A stretch of DNA of 64,000 nucleotides from the NCBI GenBank assembly GCA_011109175.1, contig RDEW01000004.1, positions 582,030 through 646,029 on the forward strand, in the 5' to 3' direction. Below the pieces are notes generated by a model. It was not told where the DNA came from. It saw only the letters and a list, made by a program, of their open reading frames with translations, and did no database searches. The position numbers and the translations under genes were made by a program. Position 1 is the stretch's first letter, and the number at the start of each line of letters is the position of its first letter. Below, piece after piece: positions 26,620-39,998 of this stretch. Source of the DNA: Dicyema japonicum (lineage: Eukaryota; Animalia; Dicyemida).

Positions 26620-27260
26620 ATAATTTAATGTCACGGTCCAATGGTGTACCAATGCCATGATGATCCTCGATCGACTTTTTTTAAATTTTTAAAATACCAA
26701 TCAGTCTTAATTAATAAATATAACCGTTTTTAAAATCTTCATCCACTTTGTGTTTTTAATATCCCCAAAAGACATCTTCAGAATATAAGTTAACAGACAA
26801 CTGGAGAATAGGTAGGCCACCCTTCTGAAGGTAGTTGAAGGGTAGGGAAAGTCGAACGGTTCTCTTCCATGCAGAACTTGCACTGAGCGCCACCATAACA
26901 ACAGGTGAACCGCATGACAACTCGCTAGGAAGATTATACGGATATGCAATCAACACCATATCCATCCCCAGTCTCCTTTCAGAGATGCGCGACGGTGAGA
27001 AATGGCCAGGTTAGCTACGTATGTGCAAAGAGCTAGTAAACCCATTCAGAGAGAAGGCTGTTCGTGCGGAGGAATTCAATCAGCATTAAAAAAGTGCACT
27101 CCGATAGAATTCCTCTGCAGAAATAAAAGAAGACACTTTAGGAACGCTGTTGGTTCACTAGCGGAGCATTCGAAGAGAACTCGAGAGATGTTGGAACATG
27201 GGATCACTTAATTTTTCGAGTTAATACTATCTTTCTTGGTGGTCTTGGGGTTAAATATTG
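26620..27260 (+). mobile_element. LINE 3' end; related pieces at 27262-27440 (-), 40075-40580 (+), 62440-62690 (-)
   Basis: Shared LRMCKELxNPFRE coding remnant and terminal gggatcac(t/g)t(a/g)att...ttggtggtcttgg motif. Confidence 0.6.
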
Positions 27261-27809
27261 TTTTTTAATACTAAAGACCATGGTAACACCAAATTAATTA
27301 ATCACGTGATCCCAGCAAGCTCTAGAAGAAACCTCAACTTTTCCCGAAGCTCCTCTTTCGAGCCCACAAAAGCACGTATCGCCGAAAAACTGTATCTTCG
27401 TAGTCAATTTGACCGTGACATATTATTTGACATGCAACCTACTTCAGAGTGAGTATAGAGCCAGCTCGGCCGCTATAAAAAAACGAATTGTCGAATAGGA
27501 TAATGTACACTGATTTACCCAATGGAATGCAATTTATTCCACTCGCTGAGGTGACATCCGGAACCATGGGACCCCCGAAAGTGGAATTTCCGAATTGTCC
27601 GGTCAAATTTTAGCCCGTTCTGACAATCTTCGGAACATATAGTATAATTAAAAAAATCGAAGATCTCAACCCAGCTTTAACTGCATAAAAAATTTTGAGA
27701 AATATTCATTAAACTTTCGACCTATTAAACTACAGGTTAATTAGCAACAGGGTAGTGAGTCAAACCGCACATGGAATTCAAATTTTCTTGTTTTATCAAT
27801 GTATGCCAT

Positions 27810-27950
27810 GCCACGTGGCGTCATGTGGTTCTATGTGGCTAGTTAGTCATAAATGATTTTTCTTCTTTCCGATGGCGTCATTGGATCCACCTTCTGAGGA
27901 GACGCCCAATGCCTGACCTGCATCAATAGGATCTAGAGACAAGTCCTGGA
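27810..27950 (+). mobile_element. Divergent hairpin-headed SINE copy
   Basis: gccacgtggcgtc-atgt-ggttctatgtggc head, then gatggcgtcattggatccacc...gacgcccaatgcctgacctgc. Confidence 0.6.
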
Positions 27951-28049
27951 ATGCTGGAACTAGTCAGGATCGAGGAGTTTGTTAGTTTGGTTACCTTGCT
28001 TTGGAATTATTTAATTTAATTTAACGTAGAATCATATAAACCTCAAACT

Positions 28050-28978
28050 ATTCAGAGCTATGTATTCATATAAGATTGCAGACAGCCAGTCTTCCGAATT
28101 ACTAGAAATAGAATTGCCGAGATGTCTGAAGATCTCCAAAAAGTTTTTGCTATTACGGATAAAACGTTGCTGTGATGATTGGATCGTTAAATTCTCCTGA
28201 AACAACAAATCTGATATCTTTTAAGGCCGATAGAATCTGCTCCTAACAAGAACATCAATACTCTGATAGTCGAAAGAATTTGGTTCAAAGGGAAAATTTC
28301 CTTTTGTTAATTTCGGATGCTGCAAATTTTATGAAATCAGGTAAAATTTTATGTTTTAGCAAAATACTAAAAAATCTTTACCCCAAGCTATTCCATGTCA
28401 CATGTGCCATCTATTACACAATTGTTGTGAGAAAATAAGAGACTCTTATCCAGAAATTGATTTGATTATAGCTACTGCACAAGCAGCAATTAAAAAGAGC
28501 AATAGAAGAAAACTAATTTTCAGAGACAGAAACATCGCCATTCACCTCGTGTGCATTTGACAAGATGAGGAACCTGGATTAAGACCGCTACATACTATTC
28601 AGAAAATCTGATCGGAGTTCAAATAATTTCGAATCAATCGCGGATGATGGATATCTAGTTCGCATCTGATGGTTTATAATCGCTGGAATTTGGAAATGAC
28701 AACAAATTTATTAAAGAATACATAAATAAAGGTTTCAAAAAATGATATTTCAAACATAATTAAAATGACTAATTCACACATATCTCCTGCCGAGTATTCA
28801 TTACTCCTGAATTGTCAGCCAACTTTGTGCTCGGTTGAACGATGTGTCTCTGAGATAAAAATTTTTCAAAGATTCAACGGAAATTTTCTACCAGAAAATT
28901 TAGAAATTTATGTAATTGTATGTGTAACAAAAAGTTTTAGTGTTTTTATTGTTTAGTTATAAAATTAAATTTTTGGGA
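28050..28978 (+). mobile_element. hAT-like (CGGBP/DUF659-type) transposase pseudogene; 3' part duplicated at 40582-41020
   Basis: RENFLLLISDAANFM...LKNLYPKLFHVTC...LLNCQPTLCSVERCVS. Confidence 0.8.
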
Positions 28979-29999
28979 CATTTCTCCATTTCCTTCTTCT
29001 TCTTAGTTGGTCCTTATTTATTTTTAAGACTTCTTACAGTGAAGTCATTTATCCTCTCCTCCACCATACACTAGATCGGTTTAAGCAGTTCATCTTCTTC
29101 CTCATCTACTCAGCGCATAACCTCTTCCCAACCCAACTAAATATCTGTTCCACAAATCAGGATTCCAGAGTTAAAGCTTGTCGGTCTTGGAAAACTCGTC
29201 TCGGAGAAATAAATAAAATTTGGAATATCCAGGCATGCAGATTCAACTGCCTTGGCTATCTATGATGTTCACAATCTACGAAACAATTCGCACACGACCT
29301 CCTCGGACGAAAACCTGAGATTCTCTCCTTATTCATGCGTCTCATGGGAGACTCCGATCTATGGAGTAATGCTTAGAAAATCGTGGCTACATAAAAAAGG
29401 GCTTTTGAGGAGACAGAAAGGGACAAAAAGAACATGATGCCGACATCCTTGGAGATCCTAATCAAAAGGAATAACGGAGACCCGATCCAACGTGATCAGG
29501 AGACAACACGACTTCAACGAGCTTGTGTAAGATCAAGGGAGGAGCATCGATTCATGCTGATTAAATTTGTCGGGATTTGGTTTTAACGGTTGTCTTGGAA
29601 TAAAAAAATTAATATTAAAAAAGTGGGGGTCCTAAGGAACAGGCAACAATTAACCGAGGATACAGAATGGGAATACTTGTCCACGTGGATGGATGTACAG
29701 AGAGCTTTAGACTCGAAAATAGAAAAGGAATAAAGTCAATATTTGACAGAGTTAAGAGAGGATCGATAATCTGGCAAAAACAAAATGATCTCGGTGACTT
29801 ATTCAAAGTCATCAATGAACTTATTACTACAACGGACTTAGGACTAAAGAGCTTGAACTTATTGACAAAAACGTACCCAGGATCCTTGTAATCATTCGGA
29901 TTCACAGGAAACCGGAAATAAGGAAAGACTTTGCCCGCCAAGAGTCCAGTTTGTAAGGTGATTGCCATCCACTACATGTTAGTCAACTGATCTCCAATT

Positions 30000-30305
30000 C
30001 CTCTGAGATCTCGAGAAGAAATCGAATTATTGTTTAAGAAAAGCAGGGATTCCTAGCATGAGATTCTTTTTAACAAATTCGATATTGCTAAGGTTGAGAT
30101 GATGTCCCCTGAAGAAAGCCAGAGGACTCTCATCTCAAATATATCTATTGAAAAGAGTGTCTAGAAAACTGCCCTCTCCGCCCGGGAATTCATATAAAGC
30201 AGGAGAGAACAAGGAATTGAGAAAGGACAGCCTAGAATGACAAGATAGCTCTTCCAGAACATTGGGCTCGCGATCATGAGGGGTAACTCCCTTCAGGCCA
30301 TAATA
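30000..30305 (+). mobile_element. CRE-like 3' remnant
   Basis: LFQNIGLAIMRGNSLQAII* followed by (AAT)n. Confidence 0.55.
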
Positions 30306-30461
30306 TAATAATAATAAAGCCTTTTCACGAGAGCCATAGTATTTATAGCTCCGAAAATAATCTTATGAAATATTATCTCATTTTTGTAAATCTTGTCTTT
30401 GGAATCTACAATATTGTTATATTTCATCCATTTAGATGTAAACACAGGAATAATCCGAATC

Positions 30462-30737
30462 ATCAAGAAATATTCTTGCCTCGGGGATCGCTACCGATTT
30501 ACTCCTGTTGCGACCGAATCATCGGGAGCCGTTGGTCCAATGACGGCTGAATTCTTGCAAGAACTCGGAGGATTGCTTGGCAGAAAGAAAAGGGATCAAC
30601 GAGAAGGGCTATGGCTAAGACAAAAGATTGGAATAGCCATACTCCGAGGGAACTCGTTCGCAATCCACTCAGCAGGCTTCCTCAACTGACATTTGTTTAA
30701 TTGTTAAAAAAATTTAATTATATAAAAAAAAAATAAA
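30462..30737 (+). mobile_element. 5'-truncated CRE-like insertion with A-rich tail, flanked by about 108-bp direct repeats
   Basis: KKYSCLGDRYRFTPVATESSG...LRGNSFAIHSAGFLN*; flank 30354-30461 repeated at about 30738-30845. Confidence 0.9.
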
Positions 30738-31216
30738 AAAATAATCTTATGAAATATTATCTCATTTTTGTAAATCTTGCCTTTGGAATCTACAATATTG
30801 TTATATTTCTTCCATTCAGATGTAGGCACAGGAATAATCCGAATCAAGAAAACCCTGTAGATTCCAAAAAAACATGAGGACAGTCAGGAGAATCAAGAAA
30901 ACCCTGTATCTGACCAAAATATTACTGATAACTAGGGCAACATAAGTCAATAAAGTCACTTTCAATTCAGAGTTGGGCTTTAGTCAAAAATAATGATTAA
31001 TTTTTAAAAAATGTCAAAAAAATTCTATAAAAAGTTTTTAGGTAAATTAGGTCAACTTTTTAGATTTTTAGGTCAATTTTTTTAATTAGGTCAATTTAAA
31101 TAAAAATTCAACTAAATCATTATTATCATAATTTTAAGCATCAAAATAATTTTACATATTCGGCGTGACATTTCTGTCTTATTGTAACAAATCTTTAAGT
31201 AAATTCACATTTTAAA

Positions 31217-32990
31217 ACGTGGCGTAATGTGGTCTACCAGTTATGAAAGTTCTGGAGGCGCTCAGGGTCCACTTAATGCACCGTGGAAAAGGACCATTAA
31301 CTACCTCCCATCCGAAGAAGGACTCTTTGGACGACTGCAAACGACCTATGCATGGAACAAGCTTAATTAGCGACAACAGAGAGCATGGTGGCCATACTGC
31401 CAACTTAACAAACCAAACTTACCGAATCCGATATGAAGGGGGATTTATGAATATATCAAAGCAAGAAGGCCTTCAGACACTAATTACTCTGTGAAAGTTT
31501 GAGAGACTTCCCTTTTATGCAAGCAATAATTTTATTAATGACAGAATTTAAGAGTTTATCAGAAATTATAGTATATTAGTCCTACCACGTGGCTTGAACA
31601 CTTCTCCATTTATAAAAATTCAACTAAAAACATTAGACCTATTGCGATTGATGCAATCACAGTGATTTTCAACTATTCAATAAACATGAATACAATCCAA
31701 TATCTGGAAACTGACTTATACGCCCAATCCTTAAACCTGGAAGCCTAAAAACAATCCTACATCATTTCAACCATCTCTTTACTATACACCTTATCAAAGT
31801 TATTGGAAAAATTGATTCTTAACTTATAACTCCGTCCTTCTTTTTCGTTTCACAACATGGATTTAGAAGGGGTCATTCAACTTCTACCCACCTAACTTCC
31901 CTTAACCAATTTATCATTGAAGGCTTTAACACAAATCCTCGTCACCTCAAAACAGTCGTTTGCTCGATCGATTTACAAAAGTCTGTCTCAAGGAAAATCC
32001 TAACCGGAAATTGTTTGTTCTCCCCGTCAACCTCAATATAAAACTTTGGCTTGCTAACTTCATCAATGGAAGAAGGGCCCGGGTATACATGGATGGGACC
32101 AAATCAATTTCAAGATTACTACCCAATGGTGTCCCACAAGGTTCCCTCTATCACCCGCCTTATTTAACTTATACATGTCCGATTTACCACAACCCGATAA
32201 TAAAGACGACTTCATCCTATCATATGCTGATGACTTATTTCTCCCGCGATCACCCAAAGGCATCAGAAAAACTACAAGAATACCTTCACAAAATTCAAAT
32301 TTGGCTAAATTATAACCGGATTGATATATCTACTAAAATAGATTCTTCGTCTTTATTTACATCAGACAAACGACTTGAAAAAATGACAGTGGATAAATTT
32401 ATCTACTAGACAAAAAAACCATTCATGAAGAAACTGAAAATCTTTGGGACCACCTTCGATACACACATGTTCTTTTCATCTCACGTCGACGATATCTCTG
32501 GAAGCTCCTTAAGAAAGCTAAGGATAATCAAAACTATTTTCGGTGGCATTAAAACTTCTTTCCCAGCGTTGAAAATGTTATACAAACAATTCATTGAGCC
32601 ATCTGTCAGCTATGCCTGTACGTAATAGGGAATCAATCTGTCCTGGACGAACAAACAAAGAATCCGCGACATTCAGGCCTTAACAGCCACTACTATTAGT
32701 AATCTCGGAAACTAGAAAAACTAATACCCTCATCACTTGAAAACCTCATCCGACAAAATGGAAAGGGATTTGCTACCCTGTGCAGTCAGTCCAACTCCCA
32801 ACATTACACAACCACAACGTGTCTTATGAGAAGGGTATAGATTACCCCTCTCCAATTTCTATTCCCAAAACCACCACCCACAGAGAAGTTGCGTTGGATC
32901 CCAGAAGGCGCACGAGGAGAAAATGAGAATTCTGATTAAGGCCTTCGAGATCACTTAATTTAGTAATTAAATTAACTATTGGTGTTCTTG
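31217..32990 (+). mobile_element. I/Jockey-like LINE pseudogene (RT region and 3' end)
   Basis: SYIISTISLLYTLSKLLEK, QHGFRRGHSTSTHL, WLANFINGRRARV, GVPQGS, ADD, KLKIFGTTFD; 5' flank duplicated with 23465-23710. Confidence 0.85.
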
Positions 32991-33000
32991 GTTAATAATA

Positions 33001-34081
33001 ATGAATTATACAGACATTTGCCTAAAAATAAGCCTTCCGATATTAAAAAAAGCCAAAAAAATTTGTGACAAATATCCCAAAGAGTTTTCAATTACACTGA
33101 ATGGAATGCTTTTGTGTAAATTATGTGAGTTACCCGTAACCTGCAAGAAACAATTTTTTGTGAACAAACACAGGGAAACACTTTTCACGAATAAATATAT
33201 CCACAAATAAAAAACAATTGAATATTGTTCCGAATGATTTCTTCAGAAATTTTGCAACAGACGGAAGCACTTGCATCCGCAAACATTCCACTTTATAAAT
33301 TGAGGAATCGAGCAATTATCAACTTATTTGAAAGTAATGGGCATCCATTTCCTTCATTATTTATTATTTATCAACCCCGGATACACCGAGAAAAAAATTA
33401 AAGTAAACAACTAATTAAGTGTATCCAGTTTCCACTTCTACAGAGTCCATCCGGAATCAACATAAATGGTAAGACGTCCATACTTGCAGTTGTGGAAACC
33501 CCTCCAGTGGAGTGGGGAGAGCAAATGATCCTTTTTCGTGCCGGCCTGGCACTGAGCGTCACCTAGACAGGAGGATCACATGACGCCACTCTAATAGGAA
33601 GAGAGAGGAGGAACAGACAAGCAAGCAGAAACGTGGTCTTATCACCACATTGCTTCACGCGGTTTTTTTCCCATTTCCTTAAGAGTTTACTTGCAGCAAT
33701 ATAGTAGAAATTTTAGCTCAACAAATTATATCCAAAATAATTAATTTGATTTCAAATAAAAAAGTTATGGACGAAACTGATGTTGGGGGAAACAAATTTA
33801 TTAATTGTCTAGTTGGAATGTTGGCAAATCCGCAAAGCTCTTACCTAATAGATTGTATAAAAATTGATTGCTCTCCGAATTCGTCTATCATCAATCAAAT
33901 TATTGATGACACTATTTGGAAAATTAATGTTGAAAGAAACAATTTTTCTTTTTATTACCTATGCTGCTCCATATATGGTTTCTGCAGGAAATACTCTCAA
34001 GTTACTATATTCTAGTCTATATCATATCACATGTTTTGCTCATTTAGTGCATAAGTGTGCACTTAAAATAAAAGTATATTA
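33001..34081 (+). mobile_element. CGGBP-like hAT transposase pseudogene, interrupted by a SINE and cut by Ginger element
   Basis: CKLCELPVTCKKQFFVNKH zinc finger; LIDCIKIDCSPNSSII; AAPYMVSAG; HITCFAHLVHKCA. Confidence 0.85.
33355..33670 (-). mobile_element. Full hairpin-headed SINE with 10-bp TSD
   Basis: TSD CCATTTCCTT at 33345-33354 and 33671-33680; (AAT)-rich tail. Confidence 0.88.
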
Positions 34082-35460
34082 TGTCGCGAGCGCTACTTGC
34101 AACTATGCGCTACCTGCAATATCGATTTTTTGAATTTTTGGAATTTGAATTGTTATGTCACGCTTGTTTGTTAAGACATCTGTTGAATATGATAATCTCA
34201 AAATTATTCTGGAAGGAGGCTCACCTACTGATGTGCCTGCATATGCTATGTGCAGGATCCGAAAAAAGTCCAAGAGCTTCGTTCTTAAAAGAGGAAGAAT
34301 GTATCTAAAAAACCCATAAATTGGTTATTGTTTCGGACAACGTTGAGGAAATGAAGTTTGTCGCTACTCAAATTCATGATTTAACACATTGTGGCCAAAA
34401 CATCCTAGAAGCAGATTGTAAAGAACGATATTTTTTTGTGAAAAGAGATGTTATTCGCGATGTTGTTTCCCATTGTGAGACATGTCTTTTTGCCAGAAGT
34501 CTTAAGGAATATGATGAAGAAAATCAATAATAGCAACTCGGCCCAATGAGAGATTTCAAATAGATTTAATCGATCTTAAAAGGTACCAATTTTTTATATT
34601 CTGTAGGTTTAGCGAGCATAATGATGGTGTGGCTTTTAACGGCTACTGATATTTATTCAAAATATGCTGTTACAAAAAGCTTAAAGAAAAAAAGTGGTTC
34701 GGAAGTTGCTGACAACCTTGAGGATATATTCATGGATTATGGACCATGTTTATATTTACAGTCGGACAATGGCTCCGAGTTTAAAAACTCACATATCACT
34801 GCAATTTGCAAGAAATATAACATTATTCAAATTCATTCACGTCCAAACAACCCACGTTGTCTAGGTATACAATTGAATTATTTTTATTTTAGGAATTTTT
34901 TTTTTAACAATTAAACAAATATCAGTTGAGGAAGCCTGCTGCGTGGATTGCGAACGAGTTCCCTCGGAGTATGGCTATTCCAATCTTTTGTCTTAGCCAT
35001 AGCCCTTCTCGTTGATCCCATCAGACTTTGTCGAAGATGTTATCGGATGATTCAAATAAATGTTGGAAAAAACAGATTAAAAAAGCTGTCCAATTTTATA
35101 ATCTTAGTTATCATAGTTTAACAGGTTGCATGACCTTATATATAATTAGGTGACAATCCGTTTCGTCGTTACAGAGGCATCAAAGGATTTAATCCAATTC
35201 TCCCTTATGTAGGCTACATTGAAAAAAATGATGAAGCAGTTGTGAATGGTTTGAGAGTTAAGCGAAAATTTAGAAACTCAAATTGAAACAGAGAGATTCG
35301 TTAAATCAAGTGGAGAGGCAGGTTATCAATTTTTTTATTATTTCATAGAATTTGGCTTTATACATTGTCCATTAGATTTGAATTCCCCTTATTTCAAAAG
35401 AATGAACAGAAAAATGTGTGTTCATTGCTCAAAATACTCATTCGAGAAAGGAGATGAGGT
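34082..35460 (+). mobile_element. Ginger-like (gypsy-type DDE integrase) DNA transposon copy A, 3'-truncated; CRE fragment inserted at 34895-35020
   Basis: TIR TGTCGCGAGCGCTACTTGCAAC...; HCG...CETC, RFQIDLIDL, YLQSDNGSEF; GT-AG intron 34583-34606. Confidence 0.85.
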
Positions 35461-35470
35461 TAGTTAATTA

Positions 35471-37440
35471 TGTCGCGAGCGCTACTTGCAACTATGCGCT
35501 ACTTGCAATATCGATTTTTTTTCTTCGAAATTAAACGAATAGTCTTATGACACTCACAAGTCGAAATCGGCAAGACAAGATAAGACAAATTTTATTTTCT
35601 AACAAACCCCAAAACTAATTACTGTAAAGAAACCAAACCTGAACCAAAACTAATTAGTCGAAATCGGCAAAAGAAACCAGTTTACTCAAAAAACATGAAA
35701 CTAAAATTACATATAGATTTATGTTATGCCTTAAAAATTATAAAATTGAAATATTTTTTAAATTATTAAATTATCTTACTATTAATAATACTGATAAGCA
35801 TTCTAAATAATTAAAAAATTAATTTCAACAATAAAACTCTTCATTTTCAATATTTTAAACTATTAAAATTCCAGGTTAGACGATTGTATTCATTTAAGTT
35901 TCAATTAAGACAAAAAATTCAAAAAAAAATTTTATTTATAAGAAAAGGTAAGTCACTTCTTTTTAAGCTTTTTAACGCGACTCATGTGGACGATCTCGGT
36001 ATGTCCCTCATTTGATTGAAGTGTCATTCGCTTGTTAGACAATATATCTACGACTTTCACTTTTCCTCATCTCCTTTCTCGAATGAGTATTTTGAGCAAT
36101 GAACACCAATAAGGGGAATTCAAATCTAATGGACAATGCATAAAGTCAAATTCTATGAAATAATAAAAAAATTGATAACCTGCCTCTCCATTTGATTTAA
36201 CGAATCTCTGTTTCAATTTGAGTTTCTAAATTTTCCCTTAACTCTCAAACCATTCACAACTGCTTCATCATTTTTTTCAATGTAGCCTACATAAGGGAGA
36301 ATTGGATTAAATCCTTTGATGCCTCTGTAACGACGAAACGGATTGTCACCTAATTTATATAAAAGGTCATACAACCTGTTGAAATAAGATAAATAAAATT
36401 ATAAAATTGGACAGCTTTTTTAATCTGTTTTTTCCAACATTTATTTGGATAATCCGATAACATCTTCGACAAAGTTCAAGTGATTGTCTGATTGAATCCT
36501 TCTACAATTCCTATAAAAAAATAATTCAATTGTATACCTTGATTATGTGGTTTGTTTGGACGTGAATGAATTTGAATAATGTTATGTTCCTTGAAAATTG
36601 CAGTGACATGTGAGTCTTTTAACTCGGAGCCATTGTCCGACTGTAAATATAAACATGGTCCATAATCCATGAATATATCCTCAAGGTTGTCAGCAACTTC
36701 CAAACTACTTTTTTTCTTTAAGCTTTTTGCAACAGCATATTTTGAATAAATACCAATAGCCGTTGAAAGCCACGAATAACCATCATTATGCTCGCTAAAC
36801 TAGAAAATATAAAAAAATTGATACCTTTTAAGATCGATTAAATCTATTTGAAATCTCTCATTGGGCCGAGTTGCTATTATATGATTTTCTTCATCATATT
36901 CCTTAAGACTTCTGGCAAAAAGACATGTCTCACAATTGGAAACAACATCGCGAATAACATCTCTTTTCACAAAAAAATATCGTTCTTTACAATATGTTTC
37001 TAGGATGTTTTGGCCACAATGTGTTAAATCATGAATTTGAGTAGCGACAAACTTCATTTCCTCAACGTTGTCCGAAACAATAACCAATTTATCGCCTTCT
37101 GGGTCTTTTAGATACATTCTTCCTCCTTTAAGAACGAAGCTCTTGGACTTTTTTCGGATCCTGCACATAGCATATGCAGGCACATCAGAAGGTAAGCCTC
37201 CTTCCAGAATAATTTTGAGATTATCATATTCAACAGATGTCTTAACAAACAAGCGTGACATAACAATTCAAATTAGTATTAATAGTTTATATTAATTTTA
37301 TACAATAAAATTAATATTTTATATTACTAAAAATTAGAATTTTAATCCAAAAGAACAATTTTTATAGATTCAAAAAAATTCAAAAAATTCAAAAAATCGA
37401 TATTGCAAGTAGCGCATAGTTGCAAGTAGCGCTCGCGACA
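35471..37440 (-). mobile_element. Ginger-like transposon copy B with both about 50-bp TIRs
   Basis: TGTCGCGAGCGCTAC... at 35471 and its reverse complement ending ...GCGCTCGCGACA at 37440; integrase HHCC and DDE motifs on the minus strand with two micro-introns. Confidence 0.9.
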
Positions 37441-37554
37441 TATTACATTGACAATATAGGTTTTCGTAAAAAAGACCATGGGACAAATCCCTCGCTAAAG
37501 TTAGGAAAATTTGAATTTCCCTACAGTGAAAAAGTGAAAGTCGTAGATATGTCA

Positions 37555-38500
37555 ACTCTAATTTCGACATTTTGAATATTGATTGAACCAAATGTCCTTT
37601 CAATTTCCTGCTTTTTGATTTCATAAATTCGACAAAGATGAAGATGGATGCACTTTATCACTTCATTATGTCTTCGGAGATAATCACTATTTTGCATTTT
37701 ACCACACTGAGTGGCCAAATGATCAACAATTTTTTTGCTTTCTTTACAATGGTTGCATAATGACCACGTGTGTGCAAAAATCAAATTCCTATCTTACAGA
37801 AAACAGTACAATGCTTCTCTCCGTGGGCCGTTATTTCCCTTGTATAACCATTCCGAGGAAGTATATAGGTCGACATTTGTTTCATCAATACATCTGAACA
37901 AAATAGAATGTAAGGTTCTGCAATAAATTTTTATTTAATAAATATTTCCTCTGAGTGTCCTTGAGAGACTTAATATCCATGCTTTCCTTCGGCAATTGCA
38001 TATTTAGAGGCAAGAAATCCTGTGATTGTAGCCAAGTGCCATTTTTTGTCATTATTACTCGCAGAATCCCCGACCTTTGCAAACAAACAGTCGACTGTTT
38101 TTCCAAAATTTAAAAGAACTGGAGAAGTATTAATTCGCTCTTAAACTAAATCGAGGTAAGTCCTCTTCCAAAAGTCTTCCTGTCCAAATACAGCCTCTTT
38201 TTATTTGCAGGTTTGAGGTGCAACTTGAGTAAGCTAGGAAAATTGCGTACTCATTTATTGCGCGAAATAAGTTCACAGAATTTAACTTTGTTTTTGAAAA
38301 CATGGTTATTCTCTTTTAACATTTTCAAGTATGGACTCCATAACTTTGCTTTTAAGAACATTACTTCCCTCATCTTCAAAACACCCAAATATCGATATCC
38401 ACTGAATCCTTCCAGTTCAGTTTGTATCTACTAAATTGAACAGGGAGTATTTGAGGTACTTGGAAGTTTATAGAAAAATCCAAGCATATTTTTAAGAGGA
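37555..38500 (-). mobile_element. R4/Dong-like RLE retroposon remnant
   Basis: YRYLGV, LFRAINEYA, HLKPANKKRLYLDRKTFGRGL, VDHLATQCGKM...YLRRHNEVIKCIHL, VEIRVD. Confidence 0.85.
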
Positions 38501-38632
38501 AACTTAAGAACGTATCCTTTGGCGCACTTAGTGCAAATTTTCTTGTGCATAGTGCAAGAAGATAATAGTAAACAGCTGGACAAAATCATCCCTAGAAGGG
38601 GAGAAAAGACACATTAAAAAGTTAGTCTGGAT

Positions 38633-38690
38633 CAGTGGTTCTCAACTGCGGGCCAAATCAATAATTAACAATTGGTTCGCTGGCCGCAAA
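38633..38690 (+). mobile_element. Isolated hAT/Charlie-type terminus
   Basis: CAGTGGTTCTCAAC start; a similar terminus CAGTGATTCTTAAC lies reversed at 5656-5669. Confidence 0.5.
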
Positions 38691-38804
38691 ATTTTTTAAG
38701 AAAATTAAACTTTATTAACTAAAATTAATGTGAGAATTGAATTTGCTTTCCTTTTACTATTCTTTCAAAACAGGAACTCAGTTTTGATGACGACGTAGAA
38801 GAGT

Positions 38805-38865
38805 GCAGTGTGACGATTGCCGGGCTAGAGGCCTGAAGGTCGCTCGTTCGAATCCCGATACTGCT
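38805..38865 (+). pseudogene. tRNA-like remnant (pseudo-tRNA or SINE head)
   Basis: 7-bp acceptor GCAGTGT/ATACTGC, B-box GTTCGAATCC, AGGTC variable loop; D-arm and T-stem defective, only about 60 nt. Confidence 0.45.
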
Positions 38866-39202
38866 TTGGTTAAAGTTTCATGCGCAATACAATATGCTTT
38901 GGCTTGAATAGTAAACTTTACCGTCATAGGAACAAAATGTCAAATATACTAAAGTCCTCTCATGTGCTGCACATGTGACTATCTTTTCCACTAGGTTATT
39001 CAAGATATTCAGTTTTCTTGTTTAATGAATTTCAAAAATACTAATGTGATATTAAAACATCCGAAAGACAAACATAACAATAGAATTAACCTAGAATTTT
39101 AATGGAATCAAATTTCCCAAAGTCATATTACACGCTTCAAAAATAATTCTTAATATTTTTCCTTATGAACGAATTTTTAACCAATTTTTGAAATTTGAGA
39201 AA

Positions 39203-39998
39203 ATGAATTTTTTATTTTACACATTATTTTTTGCTTTCGCCGGTAATCTATTTGAAGCAATTTTAGACAACAAGCAATATACCAGAACATTAGAGGTGGC
39301 GACTGTTATCGATGACGGATTTGTTTTCATTTTATATTTTACGCATAGCAAAAAGGCTTCGACTATAATGAGGACCAAATGAGAGAGTATGTAAATAAGA
39401 TGTTCAAATTGTCTCAAAAAGTATAATTGATGATAATTCAGTATTTTAACGCGATAGAAATAGAATTAAAACTTAGAAGAATATACTTCACTAAAGGAAC
39501 TATTTCAAGTGATCCTATAAATGCGTATATACACGCAATGTTTATCGGCTATTTTCGCGGGGTAGACGCAGTTGTATTCTTTAAGTAATTATTCGAACTA
39601 ATACCCAGAGATACTAAGTCAGATCTAGAGTACGTGGGAATCGCATTGAAAAAAACTGTTTGCTCAAATCGAGCAGTGGCGCTGGTTTTGAAAAGATACA
39701 AACGATGAAATGACAGCAGGAATTATGTCTCATGAGTTACTCCATGTCTTGGTTTGATCACGTCAGCCGACTGACAGCGGTTGCAATTATAGTTGTTTAA
39801 TGACTCCTAGTAGTCATGGCCATGAGTATAAATTTTCTAATTTTGAGACACGTGTCAGATCAAACAATTGCCGCTGTGCCTGCACTAGAAAACAAATGGG
39901 GGTGCCTTAGTACTACTGCTAATAATGAGTCAAATGGAGCTAAATTCTGGATTTACACCTTTCTTCTTTTCCTGGTACAACATATTAATTATTATTGA
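39203..39998 (+). CDS. Mini reprolysin-like metalloprotease, copy 2 (frameshifts in homopolymers; pseudogene or assembly error)
   Basis: Near-identical to copy 1; indels tacaAacg, gt(t)ct, gg(g)t, ca(a)g; retains FWIYTFLLFLVQHINYY tail. Confidence 0.65.
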
